Source: an uncultured delta proteobacterium (GTDB lineage Bacteria > Desulfobacterota > Desulfuromonadia > Geobacterales > DSM-12255). From it: 64,000 nucleotides of DNA. Positions within the stretch are counted from its first letter, which is position 1, and each line of letters begins with the position of its first letter. The notes below the pieces were generated by a model. The model was not told the DNA's origin. It did no database searches and saw only the letters and a program-made list of their open reading frames with translations. The DNA lies in NCBI GenBank assembly GCA_963787125.1, contig CAWBBV010000016.1, positions 64,001-128,000 on the forward strand, in the 5' to 3' direction. A program made the position numbers and the translations under genes. Positions 1-9,515 of this stretch are shown in pieces.

Positions 1-321
1 AATCCTTTTTGCCGGCAGGATGGAGCCGGGGAGCAGTGCCGGACTCTTTGGCGGCCAGCCGCTCTGGGTGGCAAATTCAGGGTCTTCGCCGGCATTGTAC
101 CTGATTTTCGGGGCTGCAGCCTTTTTCGTGCCGGCAGAGCTGTGAACATTCAGAACCGCGCTGCTCGCCAGCTTAAAGGCGGCCGGAGCTTTATTTACCG
201 GAGCTGCCGCTTGCGAGCCGGTTCCGGTCGATTGCTGACAACCGGACGCAAGAATTAAAAAAAGCCCCGATAGGGCCAGTGTTTGCATTTTTCGACTTTC
301 AAACAGATCTCTTTTCTTCAA
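1..321 (-). CDS. Putative lipoprotein, runs off the window start
   Basis: Manual translation from TTG at 321 (GAAGGGG RBS; alternative ATG at 288): MKKRDLFESRKMQTLALSGLFLILASG|CQQ...LPGSILPAKRI. Lipobox LASGC; no stop before position 1. Confidence 0.7.
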   Translation of the reverse strand, partial: MKKRDLFESRKMQTLALSGLFLILASGCQQSTGTGSQAAAPVNKAPAAFKLASSAVLNVHSSAGTKKAAAPKIRYNAGEDPEFATQSGWPPKSPALLPGSILPAKRI

Positions 322-354
322 AATTTCCCCTTCATTATTTTCTGTTTTCTGCAG

Positions 355-939
355 TTAAGCCTTGAATTTACTTTCCGTCCCCTCTTTTAGTCTGTTGATA
401 TTCTCGCGATGTTTCCAGACAACCAGCAGCGCCACAATAGCCGTCATTACCACAATCGCCGGCCTTGAATCAAAAACCGCCACCATCCCCGGCATCGCCA
501 CAGCCGCTGAAATCGAACCGAGGGAGATATAGCGCCACTTCCAGACAACCGCGATAAAAATCAGCACTGCAGCGCCAACAGCGATCGGAGAGACCGCCAG
601 AAAGACGCCGAGAGCGGTTGCAACCCCTTTGCCCCCTTTGAAACCAAGGAAGATCGTGTAAACATGCCCCAAAAACGCGGCAAGACCGACTGCCGCAATC
701 CAGGCAGCGCTCATTCCCAGATAGCCGGCGGCAACGACGGGGAGCGCCCCTTTGAGGCAGTCGCCAACAAGGGTCAGGATGCCGACCGTTCTGCCGAGAG
801 TCCGGTAAACGTTTGTCGCACCGATGTTGCCGCTGCCGCTGCTCCTTATGTCAACCCCGGCAGCCTTTGCCAGCAAAAGACCGGTCGGTATCGAGCCGAG
901 CAGGTATGCCGTGATTAGCAGCACTATTTCTCTGGTCAT
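355..939 (-). CDS. plsY: Glycerol-3-phosphate acyltransferase PlsY
   Basis: Motifs YLLGSIP, GSGNIGATNVYR, FKGGKGVAT and KHRENINRL; multi-TM, 194 aa. Confidence 0.96.
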   Translation of the reverse strand: MTREIVLLITAYLLGSIPTGLLLAKAAGVDIRSSGSGNIGATNVYRTLGRTVGILTLVGDCLKGALPVVAAGYLGMSAAWIAAVGLAAFLGHVYTIFLGFKGGKGVATALGVFLAVSPIAVGAAVLIFIAVVWKWRYISLGSISAAVAMPGMVAVFDSRPAIVVMTAIVALLVVWKHRENINRLKEGTESKFKA

Positions 940-1051
940 TGATTTGTTCCTGAATTTAATCCCGCTGAGGTCAGCATATTATGCCGATTATTACACTCCG
1001 ATGCAAGCGTGCAATCAGTTCCAGCAAACAGTGCCAGGAATTAACCACGAA

Positions 1052-2257
1052 TTACAGATTACTCTTCAGCCGGTCGTGCTGCAAAAGCTGCGGGAAAAAA
1101 CGCATCCAGAAAAGCACCACCAGCAGCGTACCCAGACCGCCGAGCAGCACCGCCGGGACAGCCCCGAACAAGGCGGCAGTCAAGCCGGACTCGAATTCGC
1201 CCAACTCGTTGGAGGTGCCGATGAAGATAGCGTTGATAGCACTCACCCTCCCCCGCATGGCATCCGGTGTTTCCAACTGCACCAGAGTGGAGCGGATGAC
1301 CACGCTTATCATGTCCGAGCCACCCAGGATGACCAGCAGCAAAAAGGAGAGCGGCAACCAGCTGGAGAGCGCAAAGCCGATCGTTGCCAGGCCAAAAACC
1401 GTGACAGCCAGATAGAGCGCTTTGCCGACACGCTGCCTGAGCGGATTACGCGCCATCCAGAGTGAAGCCAATAGCGCCCCGACAGCCGGGCCGGCCCTTA
1501 AGAGGCCAAGCCCCCAGGCGCCGGTCTGGAGAATATCCTTGGCATAAACCGGTAACAGAGCGGTGGCGCCACCGAGAAGAACGGCAAAAAGGTCAAGGGA
1601 GATGGCTCCGAAGATCACTGGCCGCTGCCTGATAAAGCTGATTCCAGCAAAAAATGTTGCCAAAGCAAACGGCTCCGGGGTGCGTGAACGGTGCTGAATC
1701 TTCAGCAGAAAGATCATCCCGGCGGAGAAGAGAAAGAGCACGGCACTTGTCAGGTAGACAGTCGCTGCGCCGGCAAGGTAGAGAAATCCGCCTAGTAGCG
1801 GTCCGGAGATGACCGCTGCCTGGCGGACTGAGCCGGCAAGGGCAAGCGCCCGGGGAAGGCTTTCGTTGTCTACCAGAGATGGGAGCAGCGTCTGCAGGGT
1901 TGTAAATTCAAAAGAGCGGGCTATGCCGACAAAAAACAGCAGAATGAGGATAATGTCCCGGTTCAACCAGCCGCCGCTGCTCCCCAGGGCTAAGAGGCCC
2001 AGAATCAGCGCCATAGCTGTCTGGGCGAAACTGACGATTATCCTGCGGTTGTAGCGGTCAGCGGCATGGCCGACATAGAGGGCAAGAAAGAGGGCGGGGA
2101 GGAACTGCACCAGACCAACCAGGCCGAGATCAAGCACCCGGCCGGTAAGGGCGTAGATATGCCAGCCTACAGCCACTCCTGTCATCTGGAAAGCGACGGT
2201 ACCGGCTGCACGGGCAATGATAAATCTGAAAAAAGAGCCCGGCAGAGGCATGTTCAT
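1052..2257 (-). CDS. MFS transporter
   Basis: 401 aa, about 12 TM; GHAADRYNRR motif A and ETPDAMRGRV. Confidence 0.9.
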   Translation of the reverse strand: MNMPLPGSFFRFIIARAAGTVAFQMTGVAVGWHIYALTGRVLDLGLVGLVQFLPALFLALYVGHAADRYNRRIIVSFAQTAMALILGLLALGSSGGWLNRDIILILLFFVGIARSFEFTTLQTLLPSLVDNESLPRALALAGSVRQAAVISGPLLGGFLYLAGAATVYLTSAVLFLFSAGMIFLLKIQHRSRTPEPFALATFFAGISFIRQRPVIFGAISLDLFAVLLGGATALLPVYAKDILQTGAWGLGLLRAGPAVGALLASLWMARNPLRQRVGKALYLAVTVFGLATIGFALSSWLPLSFLLLVILGGSDMISVVIRSTLVQLETPDAMRGRVSAINAIFIGTSNELGEFESGLTAALFGAVPAVLLGGLGTLLVVLFWMRFFPQLLQHDRLKSNL

Positions 2258-3309
2258 GCTTTTGGTTCATGCAGCTGCAGCAGTTCCCTCATTTCGGCAG
2301 TACAGACCTTCATAACCGCAGCAGTCGGAATCGCCAGAATTATCCCCCAGAAACCCATAAGTTCACCCATTGCCATAACTGCAAAGATGACGGCCAGCGG
2401 ATTGAGCTGTAACGTGTGCCTCATGACCAGCGGCTTTATCAGGTTCCCTTCTATAATGACATTGATAGTGAAGTAGGCGGCGCAGACCTTGGGAATAATC
2501 CAGATATCGCCGCTATTGGCATAGCCGATGAGCGCAGGGGGGATCACCGCTACAACCGCCCCGAGAAACGGTACAATCGAAGCAAACCCGGCAAAAAAGC
2601 CGTTGAGAATCGGGAATTCTATACCAAGCATTGCCAAAGCTATGGAGGTAAGAATGGCAACAATCAGGCAGTCGAAGAACATGCCGACAAGGAAACGCTC
2701 AAGACTTCTGTTAAGCTCCCGGCCAAGCTCGACAAGATGTTGCCGTTCGTTGTGATGGAACATCCTTCGGACAAAATCTTTGGCGTGCTGCTTGTAAAGG
2801 AGCATGAAAAAAACCAGAATAGGCGCCAAAATAATATTGAATCCAGCATAGAATACTTTTTTAATCTGTCCGAAACTAAAGTTGGAGATGTAAATCGTCG
2901 CCTGTTCGATTGCGTCGGTCATCCGGGAGAGCACCCACGCCCCCTCTTCGCCGCCGTAATAACCGGACATCTGCGTCTGCCACTTTTCAATAACGGCCTG
3001 AAGGCTCCTTATATACACTGGGAGAGCCTTGACAAGGGCATCGATCTGATGGCCGAGATACGGTACGAGCACGAAGGAGGCCAGAAAAACAGCACATAAA
3101 GCCAGGCCGTAAACAAACAGCAGGGCTGTCAAGCGGTCAAAGCCTCTTTTTTCGATCAACTTGAGCGTTGGGTTAACGAGATAGGCAATAACGAGGGAGG
3201 TGAGGATTGCTGAAAAGGTGTGGGCCATAAAATAGCCTGCACCGATAAGAGCCGCAACGGTAAACAGTATGGCGAAAAATATCCTGTTTCGCTCTCTTTC
3301 GCCTGACAC
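2254..3309 (-). CDS. AI-2E family transporter
   Basis: IAYLVNP, IVPFLG, EGNLIKP and GFWGIILAIP motifs. Confidence 0.9.
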   Translation of the reverse strand: MSGERERNRIFFAILFTVAALIGAGYFMAHTFSAILTSLVIAYLVNPTLKLIEKRGFDRLTALLFVYGLALCAVFLASFVLVPYLGHQIDALVKALPVYIRSLQAVIEKWQTQMSGYYGGEEGAWVLSRMTDAIEQATIYISNFSFGQIKKVFYAGFNIILAPILVFFMLLYKQHAKDFVRRMFHHNERQHLVELGRELNRSLERFLVGMFFDCLIVAILTSIALAMLGIEFPILNGFFAGFASIVPFLGAVVAVIPPALIGYANSGDIWIIPKVCAAYFTINVIIEGNLIKPLVMRHTLQLNPLAVIFAVMAMGELMGFWGIILAIPTAAVMKVCTAEMRELLQLHEPKA

Positions 3310-3311
3310 AA

Positions 3312-4361
3312 CTACTCCTTTACAGCAAAATCACCGCGCCGCCAGTGAATGGAGAGTATCTTCAAGGCCGCGGCGATGGGAATAGCCAGCAATATCCCCC
3401 AAAAGCCCATCATTTCACCAAAAGCCATGACGACAATGATGGTCATGAGCGGATTAAGGTTCATCGACTCTTTGAAGATCAGCGGTTTTACCAGATAGCC
3501 TTCAAGAAAATAGATGGCGGCAAATGCGCCGATAACTTTGAGAATGATTGCCCCGTTCTGGAACTTGATATAGGCAAAAAAGAGCGGCGGGAGCGTTGCC
3601 AGGAAAACCCCTATGAACGGGAGGATCGAGGCGGCTCCGGCAAAAATACCGTTTAGTAACGCATAATCAACATCGAGGATGAACAGGGCGATTGTTGAGA
3701 ATACCGCAACAATGGCTGAAACTATCAGCTGCCCACGGAGATAACCGCCAATGCTGTCGTTTATCTCAACTCCGATTTTGATGATATGCTCTTTGTGTCT
3801 TGGCGGTAGCCAGACTTTCACCCAGTCGATAATCTGCTGCTTGTAGTGAAGCATGAAAAAAACCAGGATCGGCGCCAAAACCAGGTTGAACAGGTTGAAG
3901 GCCAGACTGGAGGCGGCCAGGTAGACCCCTGAGCCAAGCTTGCCGGAAGCGCTGTCAAGCTTGCTGTAGGCAGAGTTAAGCAGCCAGTCCCACTCGGCAA
4001 ATGCCGGCGATGAAATAAGCTGACCATGCTGGGCGACAATCAGCTCTTTAGTTTTTTGCAGATAGACAGGGAGAGTCTGGAGGAGCGAGGTCCAGCGTTC
4101 AGCGATAAAGGGAACGATAAAGAAGACCGCAAAAAATGAGAGAACGCCTAGAACCGCATATAGGATTATGAGCGCGTAGTCCCTTTTGAGCTGGCGTTTC
4201 TCCATGATGACCAGAAGGGGATCGAGCAGATAGGCAATCACAAAGGACAACAAAAAACAGGATACCGTATGTTTTATTGCATAGCCGCCGGCGGCGATCG
4301 CAGCAATGACCAGCAAAACGGCGATTGTCCTGAAAAGCGTATGATTCTGATTATCTGCCAT
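3312..4361 (-). CDS. AI-2E family transporter (tandem paralog)
   Basis: IAYLLDP, GYLRGQ, ILPFIG and GFWGILLAIP. Start moved to ATG 4361 (AGGGA RBS, no overlap with the upstream gene). Confidence 0.9.
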   Translation of the reverse strand: MADNQNHTLFRTIAVLLVIAAIAAGGYAIKHTVSCFLLSFVIAYLLDPLLVIMEKRQLKRDYALIILYAVLGVLSFFAVFFIVPFIAERWTSLLQTLPVYLQKTKELIVAQHGQLISSPAFAEWDWLLNSAYSKLDSASGKLGSGVYLAASSLAFNLFNLVLAPILVFFMLHYKQQIIDWVKVWLPPRHKEHIIKIGVEINDSIGGYLRGQLIVSAIVAVFSTIALFILDVDYALLNGIFAGAASILPFIGVFLATLPPLFFAYIKFQNGAIILKVIGAFAAIYFLEGYLVKPLIFKESMNLNPLMTIIVVMAFGEMMGFWGILLAIPIAAALKILSIHWRRGDFAVKE

Positions 4362-4368
4362 GGAGTCC

Positions 4369-4806
4369 CTAAAGCAATGAACCTGGTGCGTAAATATCAT
4401 GCTCTTCAAGCCAGGACCTGATCCGGGTATTGAGCATCTCGTCCTTTAATGCGTAGTAGGTTTCCAGTTCATCCGGGTAAAAGGAGAGGATCTCTTCGGC
4501 TTTTCCGTAAGAGTTTTTTCCGGCAAAGGTCCGGTTCAGAACAGCTTTTAGTGTCGAATCAGGGAGACTTTTGATGAATTCATGCAGGAACAGTCGCTCC
4601 TGTTCATAATCAAAAGAGGGAATCTGCACAAACTGATCACCGCTTGAGTCTATCTGTTGCCAGAAAGCCTCGTCCTCATAATCTTCAGGCACAAAAAAGA
4701 TCTCACCGTTGGCTCTGTCGAGAAAGTAGACCAGTTCAGTTTCCTGATTAAGGAAAGCGTCAATCAACTCATCCCAGACAATCTCCATTTCTCGTGCTAC
4801 CGCCAT
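4369..4806 (-). CDS. UPF0158 family protein
   Basis: Acidic protein with ELIDAF...YFLDRANGEIFF and C-terminal IRSWLEEHDI. Start set at ATG 4806. Confidence 0.8.
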   Translation of the reverse strand: MAVAREMEIVWDELIDAFLNQETELVYFLDRANGEIFFVPEDYEDEAFWQQIDSSGDQFVQIPSFDYEQERLFLHEFIKSLPDSTLKAVLNRTFAGKNSYGKAEEILSFYPDELETYYALKDEMLNTRIRSWLEEHDIYAPGSLL

Positions 4807-4860
4807 CCAAACCTCACAACCTGCTAGACCTTGGGACATTTTTGCACTATTATTCTGCTC

Positions 4861-5583
4861 ATGCATACAATATTCATTGCCGACGCCCACTTAAGAAGTC
4901 CGGATGACCGAAATTACCGGCTGATGCTCCGCTTTCTTGAGGAAATTCCAGGTAAAGCTGACATGCTGGTAATTGCCGGTGACTTCTTTGAATTCTGGCT
5001 TGGCGATTCACCCGGGGCGTTCCCCCATTACCAGCCGCTGCTGGATGCACTTGCACGAGTGACCTCGCAAGGGGTGAAACTTCTCTTTTTTGAAGGCAAC
5101 CACGACTTCCATCTGGGCAGCTATTTCCGCACCGCTTTCAATGCCGAGGTATACCCTGACTCCGCTGCAATTACCATCGATGGCAGGCGGCTGTTCATCT
5201 GCCATGGCGACCTGATAAACAGGTCTGATTCCGGCTATCTGGCGTTGCGCTTCATCTTCCGCAACCCGCTCACCCGTCTGCTGGCAAAGATACTCCCTGC
5301 TTCAGTGCCGGCCTTTATAGCTGCCAGACTTGGCAAACATTCCAAAGGCAAGCATTCAGCGACTTCTGCCAGGTGGGATGTTAGAACGCTGGTCAGAGAT
5401 TTTGCCGCAGAGCGTTTTGCCGCCGGTTTCGACACTGTCGTGACCGCCCACTACCACCGCCCCTTTCTGGAAAAGAGCGGCGCACAGACTCTCCTTGCTC
5501 TGGGAGACTGGATCACCCAGTTCTCTTACGCTGAATTGATCGATGGCGACCTGACGCTAAAAACATATGAAGAGCCTATCTGA
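4861..5583 (+). CDS. lpxH: UDP-2,3-diacylglucosamine hydrolase
   Basis: Calcineurin-like motifs DAH, GDFFEFW, GNHDF, HGD, AHYHRP and LGDW. Confidence 0.85.
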   Translation: MHTIFIADAHLRSPDDRNYRLMLRFLEEIPGKADMLVIAGDFFEFWLGDSPGAFPHYQPLLDALARVTSQGVKLLFFEGNHDFHLGSYFRTAFNAEVYPDSAAITIDGRRLFICHGDLINRSDSGYLALRFIFRNPLTRLLAKILPASVPAFIAARLGKHSKGKHSATSARWDVRTLVRDFAAERFAAGFDTVVTAHYHRPFLEKSGAQTLLALGDWITQFSYAELIDGDLTLKTYEEPI

Positions 5584-6928
5584 AAAAAGCTTCCAACGCC
5601 TTCTCTCCCACATGAGACGCTTTCACACTCCACTTTCCCTGATTCACCACCAGCGCCACCAGCGCTATCTGCGGGTCCTCCATCGGCGCATAGGCAGCAA
5701 ACCAGCTGTACTGCCCATCCGGATCTTTACCGTCTATTGAGCCGGTTTTTGCAGCGATGTTCAGCTTCGCCAGGAGCGCCCTGCCTCTGCGGTCGTGAAA
5801 TGCGCGCCGTGAAGTCCCTTTGTTCACCGTAGTCGAGAGTGTCTTGGCCAGTTTCAGTGAAGTCTCCTCGGAAAGCAGCCGACGGAGTTCAAGTGGTGCC
5901 GCCGAAAAAAGTAACTCGCCGGTACCGCTGGTTACCTTGTCAGCCAACAGCGGAGTCATCATGAGGCCGCGATTTGCCACAGCCCCCATGAGTGCGGCGG
6001 CGTGAATCGGCGAGATCTTGACCTCGCGGCCAAGTCCGGCGCCCATAAGCTTGAGCTCTGCATCATTCTGAGGAGAGACAGTTGTACTCTGGACAATTGA
6101 AGTGCCTGGAAAGAGTGCCTGATTAAAACCGAATTTATTCGCCTCCAGCAGCAGTTGTTCCTTCCCCACATAAGAGCTGGCAATCCGCCCGAATATCGGA
6201 TTGACCGATTTTCCCATGGCATCAGTCACGGTCATCTCCGGACTGCGGCGGCCGCGTGGATCCCAGTAGCGCGGATTTACCGAAGTCAGTTTCCCGTTGA
6301 AGGCGATGACCGTATCAGGGGTAACTTTATTCTGTTCAAGAGCCGCAGAGGCGGTAATGATCTTAAAGAGCGACGCCATGGGGTAGATCTGGTAGCAGGC
6401 TTTTTTCTGCCACTCTCTGTCAACAGTTGAATGGCTGACCATGCCGAGTACCCTGCCGCTCTTCGGCTCAATTGCGACCAAAACAGCATAAGGAACCCGT
6501 CTCTCAGCCAGATAGTGCGAAACCCTCTCCTGCAGCACCGGGTCAAGATTGTAGAGCACCGAGCCACCATCCGGCAAGGATGATTCCAGCTTGTCGCCGA
6601 CCACCCGCGCTGAAGGAATAAGGTCTGCTGAAAACTGCAACGACTGGAACCGGTCGAGGGGTAGGAGTTTTGGAATCGCCGGAACAGACGGTTTTGCGTC
6701 AGCTTTCTGCACTGGTGAAAGCTGTGCAAATATGGGGGAGATGAGGTTGTAGAGCGGCCACAGCGCCAGAACAACGGCAATAACCGGCAGGAGTACCCGG
6801 AGACGATGCTTCTTGCGCGGGGACTCGGCAAGTTGCCGTCTATGGTTGGCATTCCGGCTTTTACGCCCTTTCAAGAGTCGCTTCAGAAAGCTCTCTTTTG
6901 TTTTTGTGAGATGTTTGATATCCAGCAT
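5576..6928 (-). CDS. Penicillin-binding protein (transpeptidase domain with N-terminal membrane anchor)
   Basis: SxxK (SLFK), SxN (SVN) and KTG motifs; single TM. Confidence 0.88.
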   Translation of the reverse strand: MLDIKHLTKTKESFLKRLLKGRKSRNANHRRQLAESPRKKHRLRVLLPVIAVVLALWPLYNLISPIFAQLSPVQKADAKPSVPAIPKLLPLDRFQSLQFSADLIPSARVVGDKLESSLPDGGSVLYNLDPVLQERVSHYLAERRVPYAVLVAIEPKSGRVLGMVSHSTVDREWQKKACYQIYPMASLFKIITASAALEQNKVTPDTVIAFNGKLTSVNPRYWDPRGRRSPEMTVTDAMGKSVNPIFGRIASSYVGKEQLLLEANKFGFNQALFPGTSIVQSTTVSPQNDAELKLMGAGLGREVKISPIHAAALMGAVANRGLMMTPLLADKVTSGTGELLFSAAPLELRRLLSEETSLKLAKTLSTTVNKGTSRRAFHDRRGRALLAKLNIAAKTGSIDGKDPDGQYSWFAAYAPMEDPQIALVALVVNQGKWSVKASHVGEKALEAFFR

Positions 6929-6940
6929 ATTGGTTGGCGC

Positions 6941-6969
6941 ACTATATTTGAAAGGGGGGCGCTTGTCAA
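6941..6969 (-). promoter_or_regulatory. Sigma70-type promoter for the PBP gene
   Basis: TTGACA-N17-TATAGT on the minus strand, 12 nt upstream of ATG 6928. Confidence 0.65.
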
Positions 6970-6985
6970 TGAGCGGCGCAGCTCT

Positions 6986-8317
6986 TCAAGAAGCTAACTT
7001 CACTACAACCTCTTTCACGGAGATGCCGGCCAAGCGCTCAGAGCTGTCCCGCTCCGCCTTTGCAAGAAGATCCGCAAAATATGATTCGCCGCTTGTCAAA
7101 GATTGTGGTTGCCATCCGCCCGAAGATTCGCGTAGAGCGTTAAGAACTTCGCTGACCATTATATGTTCAGGCTCTCTGGCCAGTCTATAGACAGGAATAG
7201 TATCATTAGTGGCGGCGATAAAACCGTCAGTCAGCAGCTTGTCGAGCAGCTCCTTAAGAGTTCTCTCCGGTAGATCGAAAGTCTCGCCAAGCTGTTCGCA
7301 TGTCCACCCTTGCGCACCTCTGGCAGCGGCCAGGGCCATATCCTGCAAAATGGCCAGTGACACCAGTTCACGCACTTTCTGATTGACTGGGCCGCTTCTG
7401 ATTTCTCTTTTCAGCGACTTGATATTTTGATGGGCGTGCACGACCTCAACGCCAAAGAGGAGAATCAGCCAACTGACATATATCCAGATCATGAATGTGG
7501 GCAACGCCGCCATGGTCCCGTAGATAGCATTATTTTTGGCAACGCCGAACTGGAAATGGACATACAACCACTGGGCGAGCTGCCAAAGGGTGCCGGCCAG
7601 AAAAGCCCCTGCGAATGCGGATCCAGTGCGGACTTTCGTGTTTGGCACGAGCTTATAGAGAAAAGCAAGGGCAAGGCAGACAACCAGGTACGGAATAAGA
7701 TGCAGTAAATACGGCAGAATATCACCCAAGTGCGATGTCGCCAGGAACCAGTGGAATATTGACTGCCCCTCAAGAAAAGTCGTCATGCTCAGAGCGGTAA
7801 ATATCAGAATCGGCATACTGATAATGAGGATTATGTAACCGCCAATCTTATTATTAAGGGCTCGAGTCTCCTTGACAACCCATATTTCGTTGAATGAACC
7901 CTCAACGCTATCCAGCAGCATTATGACAGTGAAAACAAGGCCGGCAAAGCCGAAGCTCCCCAACGAAGTCATATTGGTATTGTCGATGTATCTGATGAGT
8001 CTGACAGCTACATCCTGAGATCCGGCAGAGAGCTGTTCGAGTAGAAACGGGGCAACCTGATTCTGAACCCCAAGACCTTTAAGCACCGAGAAAAGAATTG
8101 CCAAAAAAGGGATCAGGGAAAGCAGGGTTGTGAAGGCAAGGGCGGATGCGCGCAAAAATGACTGATTACGCCATGAATTGCGCAAGACAATGACAAGGAA
8201 CTGGAGAAAGATCAGCCGATAGCGACGCAAACCATTGCAATTTTCCGGCACTGCTTCCCAGAGAGTTTTCTCGAAATAGTTCTTGATCGATTTTATTGTT
8301 GTTTTTTCAGCAAGCAT
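6986..8317 (-). CDS. YihY/BrkB family membrane protein with C-terminal Rrf2-like wHTH
   Basis: ASALAFTTLLSLIP, LYKLVPN and IYGTMAALP; C-terminal ...YRLAREPEHIMVSEVL. Start placed downstream of the terminator. Confidence 0.88.
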   Translation of the reverse strand: MLAEKTTIKSIKNYFEKTLWEAVPENCNGLRRYRLIFLQFLVIVLRNSWRNQSFLRASALAFTTLLSLIPFLAILFSVLKGLGVQNQVAPFLLEQLSAGSQDVAVRLIRYIDNTNMTSLGSFGFAGLVFTVIMLLDSVEGSFNEIWVVKETRALNNKIGGYIILIISMPILIFTALSMTTFLEGQSIFHWFLATSHLGDILPYLLHLIPYLVVCLALAFLYKLVPNTKVRTGSAFAGAFLAGTLWQLAQWLYVHFQFGVAKNNAIYGTMAALPTFMIWIYVSWLILLFGVEVVHAHQNIKSLKREIRSGPVNQKVRELVSLAILQDMALAAARGAQGWTCEQLGETFDLPERTLKELLDKLLTDGFIAATNDTIPVYRLAREPEHIMVSEVLNALRESSGGWQPQSLTSGESYFADLLAKAERDSSERLAGISVKEVVVKLAS

Positions 8318-8328
8318 CAATAAAGTCC

Positions 8329-8360
8329 AAAAAAAGGGGCGCACGTCGTGCACCCCTTTT
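8329..8360 (-). terminator. Rho-independent terminator after the YtxH gene
   Basis: Minus strand AAAAGGGGTGCAC-GAC-GTGCGCCCCTTTTTTT. Confidence 0.8.
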
Positions 8361-8395
8361 GCGGTTAACAGCTTAGATTAAAAAGGCGCAGACGG

Positions 8396-8710
8396 TCAGA
8401 TACTTTTCAGTTTCTCTTTTTCCCGCTCAATCGCCTCTTTTCCTGCTTCTATAGCGGAAGTCAGTATGCTTTTCTTCTCGTTGATAATATCTTTGCCATC
8501 TTCAATGGTAGACTTTATCTTTTCCTGTGCTTCGCTGGTGTACTCCTTGATTTTGTCGATTGCATCATCGGCAAGGCCCTTGATCTTACCGCGAATCTCT
8601 TCGCCAGTCTTGGGCGCAACCAGAAGGGCTACCCCGGCGCCGACAGCTGCCCCGGCAAGAAACGAGAGAATTACTGCGCCTGCACCTGCTCCATTATCAT
8701 TATCAGACAT
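8396..8710 (-). CDS. YtxH domain protein
   Basis: FLAGAAVGAGVALLVAPKTGEEIR signature. Confidence 0.9.
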   Translation of the reverse strand: MSDNDNGAGAGAVILSFLAGAAVGAGVALLVAPKTGEEIRGKIKGLADDAIDKIKEYTSEAQEKIKSTIEDGKDIINEKKSILTSAIEAGKEAIEREKEKLKSI

Positions 8711-8716
8711 AACTAT

Positions 8717-9106
8717 TTACCTCCTTTTTTTGGTAAATCTATCCAACACAAATGTACCGGCTACCTTTGCTCCAGTGACCCATAATGACGACTTTGTCAG
8801 TACGTTTGCGGCACTGCCAACAACACCGCCAATTGTTCTGAGCCCTCTACCTGTCTCACCAATGACACTCATAAAGTTTTTTACGTCCTCTACTTTGTCG
8901 GCGGCTCCAGCCGTTATCACATTCAGGTCAGCCAAAACATCTTGCAACTCCTTGATAGTCGGCACTATCTCCGTGTCAAGCTTTACCGTCAGCTCCCTGA
9001 CAGCAACAGCAGCGGCTTTCAGCTCCCGAATCAGCGGGATGAGTGCGACAACCAGCGCAACAGCGGCAATCGCAACCACAAGCGCTGCAATATTAATAAT
9101 TATCAT
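8717..9106 (-). CDS. DUF948/YoxC-like membrane protein
   Basis: N-terminal TM plus coiled region; usual neighbour of YtxH. Confidence 0.75.
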   Translation of the reverse strand: MIIINIAALVVAIAAVALVVALIPLIRELKAAAVAVRELTVKLDTEIVPTIKELQDVLADLNVITAGAADKVEDVKNFMSVIGETGRGLRTIGGVVGSAANVLTKSSLWVTGAKVAGTFVLDRFTKKRR

Positions 9107-9214
9107 GATAGAGGCCTCCGACTTTTTCTGGAAAATCCAGTCAGGTTAGAATTATATCTTTATTCCACTGTAATGCAACTTTTAGCCAGGGAAAAGTTAT
9201 CATGCTGATTAAAC

Positions 9215-9403
9215 TCATGATTTTTTTTCATCATCCTCTTTACCTGACTTGATAACGATCTCTTCCTTGCCGTCTGAAGCACGCTTGAAATTTCTGATGC
9301 TCTTGCCGAGTGCGCCACCTATTTCCGGCAACTTGCCTGCGCCAAAAACTACCAGTACTATCACCAGAACAACTATCATCTCCGGCATGCCGAATCCAAA
9401 CAT
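9215..9403 (-). CDS. tatA: Twin-arginine translocase TatA/E
   Basis: MFGFGMPE...[31 protein letters not shown] before ATG 9403. Confidence 0.93.
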   Translation of the reverse strand: MFGFGMPEMIVVLVIVLVVFGAGKLPEIGGALGKSIRNFKRASDGKEEIVIKSGKEDDEKKS

Positions 9404-9515
9404 AAATCCCCCCATCTGCATCATTGAAGCCAAGTCTGGCAATAATACACTCAGGTGAGAAAAAATCAAGCTGACTTCGCATTACAAAGCTTTCCGTTCA
9501 TGCTATAAATCATCT